Source of the DNA: an uncultured Armatimonadetes bacterium
Lineage (GTDB): Bacteria; Armatimonadota; UBA5829; DTJY01
DNA: 64,000 bases
Assembly (NCBI GenBank): GCA_963717145.1
Contig: OY970325.1
Location: 4,000,001-4,064,000, forward strand
Reading direction: 5' to 3'
The notes under the pieces were generated by a model. It was not told the origin of the DNA, searched no databases, and was given only the letters and a program-made list of their open reading frames with translations. Each line of letters opens with the position of its first letter. Position 1 is the stretch's first letter. A program made the position numbers and the translations under genes. Shown here piece by piece: positions 41,274-51,314 of the stretch.

Positions 41274-42374
41274 CTAATACTTACACTCTCTCAATGCATC
41301 CGCGAATGCCTGAAGATTCTCCGGATCGCCGTGGAAGAAGTGATCGCTCGGGCAGCAGATATAGCCGCCGTTCGGGCACGCGGCGTGCAGCTCATGAACC
41401 ATGTCCCTGACGACCTCCGGCGATCCGTGCTCGAAGCCCCGGTTCTGGTCGAACCCGCCGACGAAGAACAGCTTATCTCCCACCAGTTGCTCTGCCAGCG
41501 CCAGATCGCAGTCGGCGCCCATGCTCGGCGGAGTCATCGTCTCCAGCCCGTCCGATCCGTTCGCGACGACGAGATCGAGCGTCTTCATCAGGCCGCCGCA
41601 GAGGTGGTAGACGACCTTGAACCCGGCGGCATGGAGCGCATCCACCTGCTGTTTATCGTATGGCAGGCAGAACTCCTCGTGGAGTTTCGGGCTGATGACG
41701 GTGTTCGATCCTGCGCCGCCACCGATCTCGATCAGGTCGAGCGGAACCTCGCCGGCCATCATCTCGATGATCTTCACCTGCTTCGCGACCATCGCCCGCT
41801 CGACGTGATGGACCCATTCCGGCTCATCGATGGCGAACATGATCGCCTCCTGAGTGCCGACCATGAAGCAGAAGCTCTGCCACGCGCCGACCTGGCCGTA
41901 GCCCCAAATGCCGCCCCTGACGATCCCTCTGTCACCGAGCCTGTCCAGGCAGGCTCTCACCGGCGAGCCGTCCACGCCGGTCGGAACCGGGAAGTACCTG
42001 TCGAACAACTCGAAATCCTGCTTGGTCTTGATGAGATGTTCCGTGACCCAGCCGGTAATCTCGTTCGCCGAGCCGCTCGTGCGCAGGTCGCCGCCGGGGG
42101 TCTTGATCACGTCGATCCAGCTCCGGACGCCGTCCGCGTCGGTGCCGAGGTCGGTATGCTCGTCCTGCCAGTTCGCGAGGTCACGCTCGTCGTACGACAT
42201 ACCAGGCCCGGCGTAGATCGCCATGTCGAGCCCAAACCGCTCGTATGCCTGATACTGGTCGACGCCGTCGAGGTAGGTCTTGAGGTAGTACGGCATCCAG
42301 CAGTGAACCTGTCCCGGCAGGCGATCGGGTTTGCCGTTGTTGATTGCGGTGAGCATTCGTTCGCGACTATTCAT
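41274..42374 (-). CDS. URO-D family protein
   Basis: MNSRERMLTAI..GKPDRLP, ISPKLHEEF, YHLCG, GGFDQ, GGYIC. Confidence 0.85.
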   Translation of the reverse strand: MNSRERMLTAINNGKPDRLPGQVHCWMPYYLKTYLDGVDQYQAYERFGLDMAIYAGPGMSYDERDLANWQDEHTDLGTDADGVRSWIDVIKTPGGDLRTSGSANEITGWVTEHLIKTKQDFELFDRYFPVPTGVDGSPVRACLDRLGDRGIVRGGIWGYGQVGAWQSFCFMVGTQEAIMFAIDEPEWVHHVERAMVAKQVKIIEMMAGEVPLDLIEIGGGAGSNTVISPKLHEEFCLPYDKQQVDALHAAGFKVVYHLCGGLMKTLDLVVANGSDGLETMTPPSMGADCDLALAEQLVGDKLFFVGGFDQNRGFEHGSPEVVRDMVHELHAACPNGGYICCPSDHFFHGDPENLQAFADALRECKY

Positions 42375-42509
42375 TCTGTGGTGACCTTCAGCAATGCGTT
42401 CCTCAAATATATCAGCAAATGGTTGTTTGTTTTCTATGCCGGATCGAGTCCCGCTCTATGTTACCAGATTGTCCAAGGCGCCCAGCGCTAGGAGAGCCGC
42501 CCCATAGCC

Positions 42510-42995
42510 TCAACGATGCCTGCCCTCCAATACTGCCATCAAGTATGCAAGGCCGAAGTACAATCCACCCAAGATGACAGAGAACAAAGCAATCCAGAGT
42601 CCTCCGTATTCGAGTGGAATGCTCGTCACTGGAATGTGAAAGTGATTCCACAAGTCATAACCAAAGCGGGCAACGCCGATGAGCGCCCCTAGCAAACAGA
42701 ACAACATGATGAGAATGCATACTTGTATGACGCCGGTTGCCATGCCAATGAGTGTTTCTTTGAAATCGCTTCTCTCCAATACTGCCATCAAGAAGGCAAG
42801 ACCAAAGCACAATCCGCCCAAGATGACAGAGGGCAAAGCCATCCAAAGTCCTCTGTATTCGAGTGGAATGCCCGCTTCTGCTGGAATGTGAAAGTGATTC
42901 CACAAGTCAAGACCAAAGCCGAAGAGGCCAGTAAAGGCCGGCAGCAGGCAGCCAAACGCGATGAAAATGCATAGTTGCTGCAAGATGCTTTTCAT
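42510..42995 (-). CDS. Low-GC membrane protein with an internal tandem duplication
   Basis: Two copies of DLWNHFHIP...IPLEY.GLW.AL.SVILGGL.FGLA.LMAVLE. Confidence 0.65.
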   Translation of the reverse strand: MKSILQQLCIFIAFGCLLPAFTGLFGFGLDLWNHFHIPAEAGIPLEYRGLWMALPSVILGGLCFGLAFLMAVLERSDFKETLIGMATGVIQVCILIMLFCLLGALIGVARFGYDLWNHFHIPVTSIPLEYGGLWIALFSVILGGLYFGLAYLMAVLEGRHR

Positions 42996-43049
42996 ACTTT
43001 GTCACCGCAGGTTCTCGGGGCTGCTATTCGATGGGCCAATGCTTCGCCC

Positions 43050-43682
43050 CTACACTCGCTCGGTCTTCGGCTCGGCGGGGCCGTGTGTGTGCTCCCAGAG
43101 GTGGCCGGGCCGCTTCGCGCCTTCGATGGTGGTCTCGAAGAAGACCGCCGCTCCAGATTCGATCACGCGCTGGACGTCGTGATGATGGCCCATCCCGGTG
43201 ACCACGCAGTCGCCCGGCCCGACCTCAAAGAACTTGCCCTCCGAGACGGCGATGCACCGGGCGCTGAAGAAGATCCAGTACTCATCGCAGTCGTGGAAAT
43301 GGTTGTCGAAGCAGGTGGTCTTCGGGTATGGTACCGGGTCGCCGCCGTCCTTCGGATCCTCGACGTTCCACACGGGGAAGATCCCCGAGCCGCCAACCTC
43401 ATCGCCCCATCGGCCGCACATTCGCACGAGGGTGACTTCTTCGGTGACATCGGACACCTCGAAATGAGCGCCCGGTGTGAGGTCGATGTTCGCGTTCGGT
43501 CCGGCATCGATCACCTGGCCGCCGAACGCGATCCGGCACTTCCCGCCGCAGACTATCACCTTCTCCTTCTCGCCGACCCGCTCGAAGACCTTGGTCTCGC
43601 CGGGCGCGAGCTTCGTGATGTCGAAGTACTCCATCTCGCACCACGCAGGCGCGAGCCCCTTACCGGACTTGAAAACGGGCAT
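43050..43682 (-). CDS. Cupin domain protein
   Basis: HFHDCDEYW and GDCVVTGMGHHHD cupin motifs. Confidence 0.8.
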   Translation of the reverse strand: MPVFKSGKGLAPAWCEMEYFDITKLAPGETKVFERVGEKEKVIVCGGKCRIAFGGQVIDAGPNANIDLTPGAHFEVSDVTEEVTLVRMCGRWGDEVGGSGIFPVWNVEDPKDGGDPVPYPKTTCFDNHFHDCDEYWIFFSARCIAVSEGKFFEVGPGDCVVTGMGHHHDVQRVIESGAAVFFETTIEGAKRPGHLWEHTHGPAEPKTERV

Positions 43683-43697
43683 TGCTTGTTTCCTCCA

Positions 43698-44102
43698 TTA
43701 AACATCAGCGGATACAGACGGCCGCTGATCAGGTCCCAGACTTACCACCAACCGCCACCAGCAGACCCACACGATAACTCTCGAAACCAGCGTGATTACG
43801 GCCAATGCCATCAAGGGAGTGTCCCGATACGGAGACAGGAACGCCCAAGTAGGCGGCATCATGGCCGCCAGGATTACAATAAAAGCAACGACGATATAAC
43901 CACTCTTGGCGGAGTTGGAAGGCAGTTTACTGAACCATATCCGAATCCACCAAGACAGGAGGCCAACACCTGACATGCAGGCGAAGAATTGCCCTGTGAT
44001 GAATTGCTTGCCTGGCCCGATCCCAAACAGAAGCAGAATGATATCCCAACCAGTCAGCCACACGCACAGCAACGTGGTATGTACAAGGTACAGGATCCGC
44101 AT
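43698..44102 (-). CDS. Low-GC hypothetical membrane protein (about 4 TM)
   Basis: Hydrophobic ORF co-oriented between operon genes; RBS AAGAGG. Confidence 0.5.
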   Translation of the reverse strand: MRILYLVHTTLLCVWLTGWDIILLLFGIGPGKQFITGQFFACMSGVGLLSWWIRIWFSKLPSNSAKSGYIVVAFIVILAAMMPPTWAFLSPYRDTPLMALAVITLVSRVIVWVCWWRLVVSLGPDQRPSVSADV

Positions 44103-44118
44103 TCCTCTTGTTTACTCC

Positions 44119-44901
44119 TCAGAGCTGGTGGTCATCCCCATCCGCCTTGATGTGCCCGATGACTTTCTCGCCGTTCATGAATTCGATGCGGCCCTCCCGG
44201 TAGCGGACCCGGACCTTGCCGTCGTTGTCGAGGGCGATCTCGTTCCCGTGCATGTGGATTCCGACATCGAACTTCGCGGGCAGGTCGATCCCGACCGGGC
44301 CGTTGCTCTCCAGGGAGATCTGCTTCTTGAAGATCGCGCCCGAGCCGTTGCCGTTGTTCTTGATGACCAGGCCGCCCAGGCACGGCTGGGGCCCGCACGC
44401 CATGATGTTGATGCCGTAGACCCAGGACTCCTCTGGGCCGGTGTAGTCGTTGCTCATCTCGACGTTCACCCCGAGGCCGACCGCGCGGTTGTGACAGAAG
44501 ACCTCGGAGTGCAGACCGGCCGACCATCCGGGGCCATGCTTGTGAAGCCGCGAGCACATGACGCACGCGTCGCCTGCCTCATGGTGAGTCGAGAGGCCGG
44601 CATAGATGGTCCAGGGGTACGAGTTCTTGCCCTTCTCCTCGTGCATGAGCGAGAGGATCTCGTGGGTCATCGCGCGCCCGTTGTTGTCGTCGGAGCGCTC
44701 GAATCGGATCATGGTGTCGAGCGGCTCCATCGGCGGGCGGCCCTTGTAGACGCTGCTCTTGAGGACCTGGCCCTCGGTCGTGAGCGGCCCCTCCTCAGTC
44801 GGCGGCTTCTCATCGGCGGCGAACGCCTTCTTTCCCAGCAGACCGCCCGCGAGTGCGAGCAGCCCTTTCACGATGAAGTTTCTGCGGTGTGATGTGTCCA
44901 T
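44119..44901 (-). CDS. Tat-exported hypothetical protein
   Basis: SHRRNFIVK twin-arginine leader ending AFA; RBS GGAGG. Confidence 0.7.
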   Translation of the reverse strand: MDTSHRRNFIVKGLLALAGGLLGKKAFAADEKPPTEEGPLTTEGQVLKSSVYKGRPPMEPLDTMIRFERSDDNNGRAMTHEILSLMHEEKGKNSYPWTIYAGLSTHHEAGDACVMCSRLHKHGPGWSAGLHSEVFCHNRAVGLGVNVEMSNDYTGPEESWVYGINIMACGPQPCLGGLVIKNNGNGSGAIFKKQISLESNGPVGIDLPAKFDVGIHMHGNEIALDNDGKVRVRYREGRIEFMNGEKVIGHIKADGDDHQL

Positions 44902-44925
44902 TGTTTTCCTCCGATAGATGGCCAA

Positions 44926-44995
44926 CGGGGCGAAGCATTGGCGATGCGAGTCCGACACTCGGTGCTATTCGATGGGCCAATGCTTCGCCCCTACA
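44926..44995. repeat. GTAG-type REP doublet; its 33-bp right arm is identical to 43022-43054
   Basis: GGGGCGAAGCATTGGC ... GCCAATGCTTCGCCCCTAC. Confidence 0.8.
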
Positions 44996-45014
44996 GTTGC
45001 TGATATCTATCCGT

Positions 45015-47742
45015 TCATCCGTTCCAAATCCGTTGACCGCATCTGCGCACGATAGGGAGCGGCTTATCCTCGGGCCAGGGGACCTCGTATGGGATCCCCG
45101 GCAGGAGGTCGAAGACGTCGTCCGCGATCGGCGACTCGCAGTCGGGGTCGAGGCAGACCGCCCAGACGAAGGTCGGCGACGTGAACACCGCCATATCTCC
45201 CCGGCGCTCGACCGATATCTGTGGCTCGGCCCACTTCAGATCCTTGAACCGCGTGACAAAGACTCTGTTCTGGGCGACCGTCCGGCCTTCCTGCTGCAGG
45301 AGGGCGAATGCGCCGGATGAATCCTCGCCGAGCGACTTCCATCGCTCGATCGGTATCTCGCCGATCACGGTCGATGCGTTCGCCGGGAGCGTGACCGCGC
45401 AACCCTCACCCCCATCGATCTCAGGCGACTCCGTCGCCGGCGGCCGGCGACGGAGTCGCCTGAGATCATCGTTGGGGATGGAGTTGGACTCCATCCCCTC
45501 AGTCTCTTGGGGATGGAGTCCAACTCCATCCCCAGCGATCGTTTTTCCGTCGAGGCGGAAGAGGCCGAAGCGGGCCTCGCCGATCCAGGGCTCGGGCGTG
45601 TCGTTGACGCCGAAGATGCGGACCGTGTCGCCGTCGACCACTGGGATCACGTTCACCGGCGCGAATGCCCTTCGGACCGGGTGATACGCAAGCTTCCGGC
45701 GGAGGTAGTAGTCGACGATCGTCCACCCGTGGCTCGCGGGCCAGCAGTCGTTGTACATCCAGAAGATCGCCGATGACGAGCTGAACATCCGCCGGCGGAA
45801 GTTGTTGCTATACTCCTGCAGACCCTCCGCCTGGAGTATCCCGCTGTAGAAGCAGTAGTCCTCGAAACTAAGGTCATCGACCGTGAGGCCGAGCCACCGC
45901 TCGATCGCATCGTAACACACACCCGACGCCTGCCAGTAGTTGCAGGCGTTGTCGTGGAACTCCCATGAGGGCGAGAAGACGCGCCGCTGACCCTCGGGGA
46001 GGAACTGCTTCAGGGTCGCCATTGATGTTGCGCCGAGCACGCCGCCCTCGTTCGGGAAGCGGCTGACATCCTTCCGATACTCCCAGAAGTCGCTCTTCCC
46101 CGCGCCGAGCGAGACGTGCCAGGGATGCTGGTCGCCGGTCGTCGGATCGGTCGGATGCCGAGTATCGGTCGAGTAGGGCGAACTCGGCCAGTATGGGCGC
46201 GACGGGTCCTCGGCACTCAGGATGCGCGGAATCTCCATGTGATAGAGCGCGTAGTCGGGATGCGGGTGATTGCGGTCGTACCCCCACGACCATGCGGCCC
46301 ACTCCAGCTCGTTGTTCCCGCACCAGACGAGCAGGCTCGGGATGCGGCGAGAGGTCGCGGACCTGATATGTGATCTCGCGGCGGACGTTCTGCAGGAACT
46401 CGGCGTCGTCGCTCGGATACTTGGCGCAGGCGAAGATGAAGTCGTGCCAGACGAGCACTCCCATTTCGTCGCAGGCGTCGAGGAAGTCGTGATCGGCATA
46501 GAGCCCGCCTCCCCAGACGCGCAGCGCGTTGAAGTTGGCATCGACCGCCAGTTGGACGAGCTTGCGGTAGTGCTTGGCATCGGGCCGAGCGTAGATCATG
46601 TCCGGCGGGACCCAGTTGCCTCCCTTGGCGAAGATCGGGCGGCCGTTGACCTCGAGGATGAAGTACTCGCCGGCCTCGGGGTGCTGATCCTGGTTGATCT
46701 TGATGCTCCGTATGCCGGTCCGCCTGGTGGCCCGATCGACGACTGCTCCATCCACAATCAACTCGCACTCGACGGTGTACAACGGCTGGTCGCCGTGAGG
46801 GATCGGCCACCACAGCTTCGGATCGGCGATCTCGACCGAGACGTCCTGGCGTGAGATGCCGGCCGGTAGTTCGACCTCGGCCCTCGCCGCCGCCCCCGCC
46901 GTTCGGGAGGGAGTTGGACTCCCTCCCGCAAGACTAGACTGGGAGTTCAACTCCCCCTGTAGTTCTGCGGGAGGGAGTCCAACTCCCTCCCGAACGGTGG
47001 GGGCGAGGGTAGCCTCTGAGACACGGACTCGCACAACTGCCTGTGCCGCCTCGGGGCTGTCGACGAACACGTGGGCGTGGATGCGGGCGGTCGAGTGGTC
47101 GGCCGAAAGCTCGGGGTAGACCGCGACCGCGTCGATCCGTGGGGCTCCGGTCCACTCGAGGCGGACCGGACGCCAGATGCCGACGTTGATCAGGCGCGGA
47201 CTCCAGTCCCACGAGAACGAGTTCTGGCACTTCCGGAGCCAGGGGCGCTTCGTGAGCTGGTTCTCAAGGCCGGTAGCATATCCCGCCCCCTGCTTCTCCG
47301 CGACCGAATAGAGCCCGCTCTCGATCCTCACCGCAAGCACATTCTCGGAGAGCAGCTTGCCGGTGACATCGAGTCGGCAGGGGACGAAGCAGTTGTCGTG
47401 CTTCCCGACCTCCTCGCCGTTGAGGTAGATGACCGCATTGAGATCGAGGCCCTCAAAGACGAGCCATGCGCGCTGGGAGAGCGACTCCTCGGGCGCATCG
47501 AACCGGGTGCGGTAGACCCAGACCTGCTCCTCGACCCAGCGCGCCGCCTGCGCGTTCAGTCCGACGTTGCAGTCCTGAATCAGCCCCTCGCGCTCCAGGT
47601 CGAGGTGGACCTCGCCGGGGACGCGGGCATTGATGAATATGCGTTCGTCGGCGTCAGGGCCGATGTAACTCTCGGGCCGACCGTGCTGGCCGTCGAAGCC
47701 TCTCAGTTTCCAGACGCCGTTCAGACTCAGTGATGAAAGCAT
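45015..47742 (-). CDS. GH2 beta-mannosidase-like hydrolase (frameshift ~46340; two in-frame palindrome inserts)
   Basis: FEGLDL, FSWDWSP, KGGNWVP, LRVWGGG, WCGNNE, FWMYNDCWP. Confidence 0.9.
45417..45539. repeat. Two adjacent palindromes inserted in frame in the GH2 gene
   Basis: GATCTCAGGCGACTCCGTCGCCGG hairpin plus a GTTGGGGATGGAGTTGGACTCCATCCCC doublet. Confidence 0.85.
46891..47005. repeat. REP-like triplet inserted in frame in the GH2 gene
   Basis: GTTCGGGAGGGAGTTGGACTCCCTCCCGCA arms with a central GGGAGTTCAACTCCC. Confidence 0.85.
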
Positions 47743-47810
47743 GGGAACTCCTCCGCTGGTTTCTCGGGATGATTCTACTCCGCCGGAACGCTGAGTGCAA
47801 GGGGAGGCGA

Positions 47811-47925
47811 TGTCATTCTGAGCATGTTACTGCATCGCCAACGCAGCTATTTCCTCCGCAGAGCACACCGTCATTCACCGGCGAACTCAGGACTGACGGT
47901 GGGTGCCTTCCTAGAAGCCGAGCGA
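47811..47925. repeat. TGTCATTCTGAGC-type composite element
   Basis: Contains CCGTCATTCACCGGCGAACTCAGGACTGACGGT, identical to an arm of the 14452-14566 hairpin. Confidence 0.75.
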
Positions 47926-48034
47926 AACGCAACTCCTTGGGCCGAAAGGTGTCTAATGTTGCAGAGGTATGGTATATTGAGGCAGGCGGGCCAGGCAACT
48001 TGGGGTCTACCACTCTCTCAGGGGGTATATTCGC

Positions 48035-50131
48035 ATGGATCCAGTCGCAGCAACAGCCGGAATGCTATCTACGCTTTGGTGGGTCATAGTGTTTGCCGCC
48101 GTGATCCTGATTCTTCCGTCCATCCGGGTGATCGGTCCGACCGAAGTCGGGCTGGTCACAAAACGGTTTGGCTTCAGAAAGCTGTCCGAAGACAACCCGA
48201 TCGCTTTTGAAGGAGAAGCCGGCTACGAGGCCGATCTTCTGATGCCCGGGTGGCGCTGGAAGTTCTGGATTCTCTACACGGTCAGCAAGTTTCCGTGGGT
48301 GGAGATACCCGCCGGCGAGATCGGGGTCGTAGTCGCCCAGGTTGGACGACCACTGCCGATCGGCGCGAAATCCGCGGTCTACAACGAGGCCTTCGGCAAC
48401 TTCAGCGATCTGCGGAGCTTCGTCGAAAAAGGCGGGCAGAAGGGCGTTCAGCGGCCGGTCCTGCCTCCGGGGTCACTGCTCCCGATCCATCCGGTCGGCT
48501 TCCTGGTGATCACCAAGCGTCAGGCCTACGGTCTGGCAGTCAGCCCGGAACTCCGGAACTTCAAGGGAACCCTCGGCCCGCTCAACTTCGGCCTGGATCC
48601 GGAGAGATTGAACCTGGTCCGCATCCAGCCCGCGACCGTCGGCCCGGAAAACCAGATTCGTGACATGGTCGGCATAGTCACCACCTATGAGGGCGAACCC
48701 CTGCCCGAGGGAGCGATCGCCAGCCGCCTGGGAGGTTTCACCGACATTCAGGCCAAGGAAGCCGCGGGAGAGATTCAGGACGCGACCCTCATCGAGGCCG
48801 TGCTCGGCAACAAGAACGATCTCCACAACAACTACCAGGACTACCAGGCGTTCCTGGACAATGGCGGGCGGATCGGACTCCAGCATGATCCGTTGCTGTA
48901 CGGTGCGTTTGCGCTCAACCCGTTTCTCGTGAGCGTCGAACTCGTGCCGATGCTCGTTGTCGAGCAGGGAGAGGTCGCCGTTATCAAGGCCTACGTCGGG
49001 CTGGCGACGGAAGACACCTCGGGTCCGGACTTCAAGTTCGGGAGCCTCGTGCGGCCGGGCCACCGAGGGATCTGGCAGGAACCGCTGAGGACGGGCAAGT
49101 TCCCGATCAACCCGCGCTGCTACCAGGCCGAGATCGTGCCCACGCTCATCCTGACTCTGAACTGGGCGGAAGTGATCTCTTCGGCCCACAGACTGGACGC
49201 CCGGCTCGAATCGATCGAGGCCAAGAGCCGTGAGGGATTCGTCTTCACGATCGACCTGCAGGTCCAGATCCACGTTCCCGACACCAAAGCGCCAAAGGTC
49301 ATTTCCAGCGTGGGGACGATGCAGAACCTGGTCGACGAGGTCCTTCAGGCGGTCGTCGGCAACTACTTCCGCAACAAGCTGCAGAGCATGCCGGCGGTCG
49401 ACTTCATCGAGTCGCGTGACAAGGTGCAGCAGGACGCCTTCGAGTTGATAGCGGATCAGATCTCGCAGTATCAGGTCGAGACCAAGGGCGTCTTCATCCA
49501 GGATGTCGTCCTCCCGCCGACCCTCGTGGATGTGTTGACCCAGAGAGAGATCGCGAACCAGCAGATCGAGACGCTCAAGAAGCAGCGAGCCTCCCAGGAG
49601 GAGAGAATCTCGATGGAGCAGGCGAAGGGCACGGCCGACATGCAGGCGCAGTTGGCGAAGTCGGCCGTAAACGTCGACATCTTCACCAACCAGGCGGACG
49701 CGCGCAAGGCCGAGGCTGATGGTGAGGCGACCTACATCCGCGAGACCGGTAAGGCCAAGGGCGCGGAGGTCGAAGCTGTCGGTCTGGCGCGAGCGAAGGC
49801 CTATGAGCAGCAGGTTAAGGCCCTGGGTCAGAATCCGACTGCGCTGGTCAACGCGATCAACGCGCTGGCGGAGAAGGGGATCAAGATCGTGCCGGAGACC
49901 CTTGTTGCCGGCGGAGGAGGAGCGATCGACGGCCTCGCGGCCACGATGATGGGATGGCTCAGCAGAGGCTCCGGCGGGAGTCCGTCTCCCATCGAGCCGC
50001 CATCGAAGCCCGCACCGATGGCGACACCGGAACCACCGCTGGTCACGATCGTCGCCGAAGAGCCCGATGTCATGGCCTCTCCGCCGCCTCCACCCATGCC
50101 GACCGGGGAGGAGCAGCAGCCTCCCGCGTGA
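48035..50131 (+). CDS. SPFH/band-7/flotillin domain membrane protein
   Basis: N-terminal TM, repeated GEIGVV/GQKGVQ units, KSREGFVFTIDLQVQIHV SPFH core, Ala/Glu coiled coil, Pro-rich tail. Confidence 0.85.
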   Translation: MDPVAATAGMLSTLWWVIVFAAVILILPSIRVIGPTEVGLVTKRFGFRKLSEDNPIAFEGEAGYEADLLMPGWRWKFWILYTVSKFPWVEIPAGEIGVVVAQVGRPLPIGAKSAVYNEAFGNFSDLRSFVEKGGQKGVQRPVLPPGSLLPIHPVGFLVITKRQAYGLAVSPELRNFKGTLGPLNFGLDPERLNLVRIQPATVGPENQIRDMVGIVTTYEGEPLPEGAIASRLGGFTDIQAKEAAGEIQDATLIEAVLGNKNDLHNNYQDYQAFLDNGGRIGLQHDPLLYGAFALNPFLVSVELVPMLVVEQGEVAVIKAYVGLATEDTSGPDFKFGSLVRPGHRGIWQEPLRTGKFPINPRCYQAEIVPTLILTLNWAEVISSAHRLDARLESIEAKSREGFVFTIDLQVQIHVPDTKAPKVISSVGTMQNLVDEVLQAVVGNYFRNKLQSMPAVDFIESRDKVQQDAFELIADQISQYQVETKGVFIQDVVLPPTLVDVLTQREIANQQIETLKKQRASQEERISMEQAKGTADMQAQLAKSAVNVDIFTNQADARKAEADGEATYIRETGKAKGAEVEAVGLARAKAYEQQVKALGQNPTALVNAINALAEKGIKIVPETLVAGGGGAIDGLAATMMGWLSRGSGGSPSPIEPPSKPAPMATPEPPLVTIVAEEPDVMASPPPPPMPTGEEQQPPA

Positions 50132-50185
50132 GGACGCAATGACCCCGTGCTGTAGGGGCGCGCCTCGTGCCACCCGTAGACGTCT

Positions 50186-50217
50186 AAGGCCGCCGGGACT
50201 CGAGTCCCGGCGGCCTT
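50186..50217. terminator. 32-bp perfect palindrome between convergent genes
   Basis: AAGGCCGCCGGGACTCGAGTCCCGGCGGCCTT. Confidence 0.6.
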
Positions 50218-50250
50218 CTCATGGCATACAAAGGTGAGACGGGCAGACGG

Positions 50251-51249
50251 CTATGCCCTGCGCCGTCTGAACCCGAGAAGCGAACCCGCGCCGCTAAGCA
50301 GCACCAGGAAGGAGGAGGGCTCGGGAACCGCGGAGACGCGGAAACCGATATGGTCGCCCTCGCCCGACGGGGTGGTGGCGAAGTTTCCGAACGATGCCGG
50401 GAGGTAGTCGCTGTTGTGGTTGTACGCACCGCCGCGTATGCCGCGAGCAGCGAAATCCGCATACTGGGCTGTAACACCCTCGTTCCACTCAAACAAGTTT
50501 CCGCCCTGGTCAAACGTGCCGTAGGGACTCTCGGAGTTCTGGAACTCGCCGACCTCGGTCCGATAATACGGATCGCCGATCAAGTAGCCATCAGCATAAT
50601 AGTTGGCGTTGTTGCCGGAGGTATCGTCCAAGTCCCGCCCCGGAATCTCGTCGCTCCGGGTGGGATAGTTCCAGTAACCGGCGTTGGGGCCGCCGCCCTT
50701 GTAGTAAGCGGCCTTATACCACTCGTCCTCGCTTGTCAGTGCCCACTTGGCCCCAGCGTTGCGCTGGATGGCGCCGCCATTGGTGCCGTTGTAGCCATTC
50801 AGTGTGTATGCGCCGTCCTCAGTGTCGCCATTGCCCTGCCCGTTACCCAGCCAGTTGGCGAAACGCAGGCAGTCCCAATAGCTCACTAGGTTCACTGGTC
50901 TGTTCGCCCAGTCGGATGCCACGCTGTAGCTGTAGTTGCCTGAGAGGCCGGTGCGCTTGATGTCGCAGCCCCATGTCCAAGCGTCCGTGTCCATGCCGAG
51001 GTGGTACAGTCCGTAGTCGTCCGTCTTTGCCTTGGCGTTGAGGAACGCAGTGTACTGCGCGGCGGTCACTTCGTACTTGCCGATGCTGTAGTCGTAGCCC
51101 ACCGAGCCGTAGCTTTGACCATGGTAGCGGGTATCCGGGGCGTTCCCCGCGTCGCCGACGGGAACGGTCTCGATCGTGATGGCCGCCTGAGCGGCTAATC
51201 CCATGCTCAGCAGCACGATGGCTGCCGCAAGTGCGAATACCCTTTTCAT
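50251..51249 (-). CDS. FGE-sulfatase (SUMF1/CLec-fold) PEP-CTERM surface protein A
   Basis: Signal peptide; IGKYEVT, RPVN.VS, EDEWYKAAYY, GTFDQGGN..EW, RGG...GFRV; VPEPSS-TM-RRRR. Confidence 0.9.
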   Translation of the reverse strand: MKRVFALAAAIVLLSMGLAAQAAITIETVPVGDAGNAPDTRYHGQSYGSVGYDYSIGKYEVTAAQYTAFLNAKAKTDDYGLYHLGMDTDAWTWGCDIKRTGLSGNYSYSVASDWANRPVNLVSYWDCLRFANWLGNGQGNGDTEDGAYTLNGYNGTNGGAIQRNAGAKWALTSEDEWYKAAYYKGGGPNAGYWNYPTRSDEIPGRDLDDTSGNNANYYADGYLIGDPYYRTEVGEFQNSESPYGTFDQGGNLFEWNEGVTAQYADFAARGIRGGAYNHNSDYLPASFGNFATTPSGEGDHIGFRVSAVPEPSSFLVLLSGAGSLLGFRRRRA

Positions 51250-51314
51250 CTTCTTCTCCTCCAATGTGTTGTGTGTTGGACACGCGGAATCTGCTACCCG
51301 CTTTCGGCAAACGG

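Noticed and set aside
51280-51314. c-di-GMP-I riboswitch in array spacers (GCCGAAAGCGG)
   Set aside because: Only a GAAA-like hairpin is present; the GCAAA/GACGCAAAGC core and second stem are missing and the spacer is too short.
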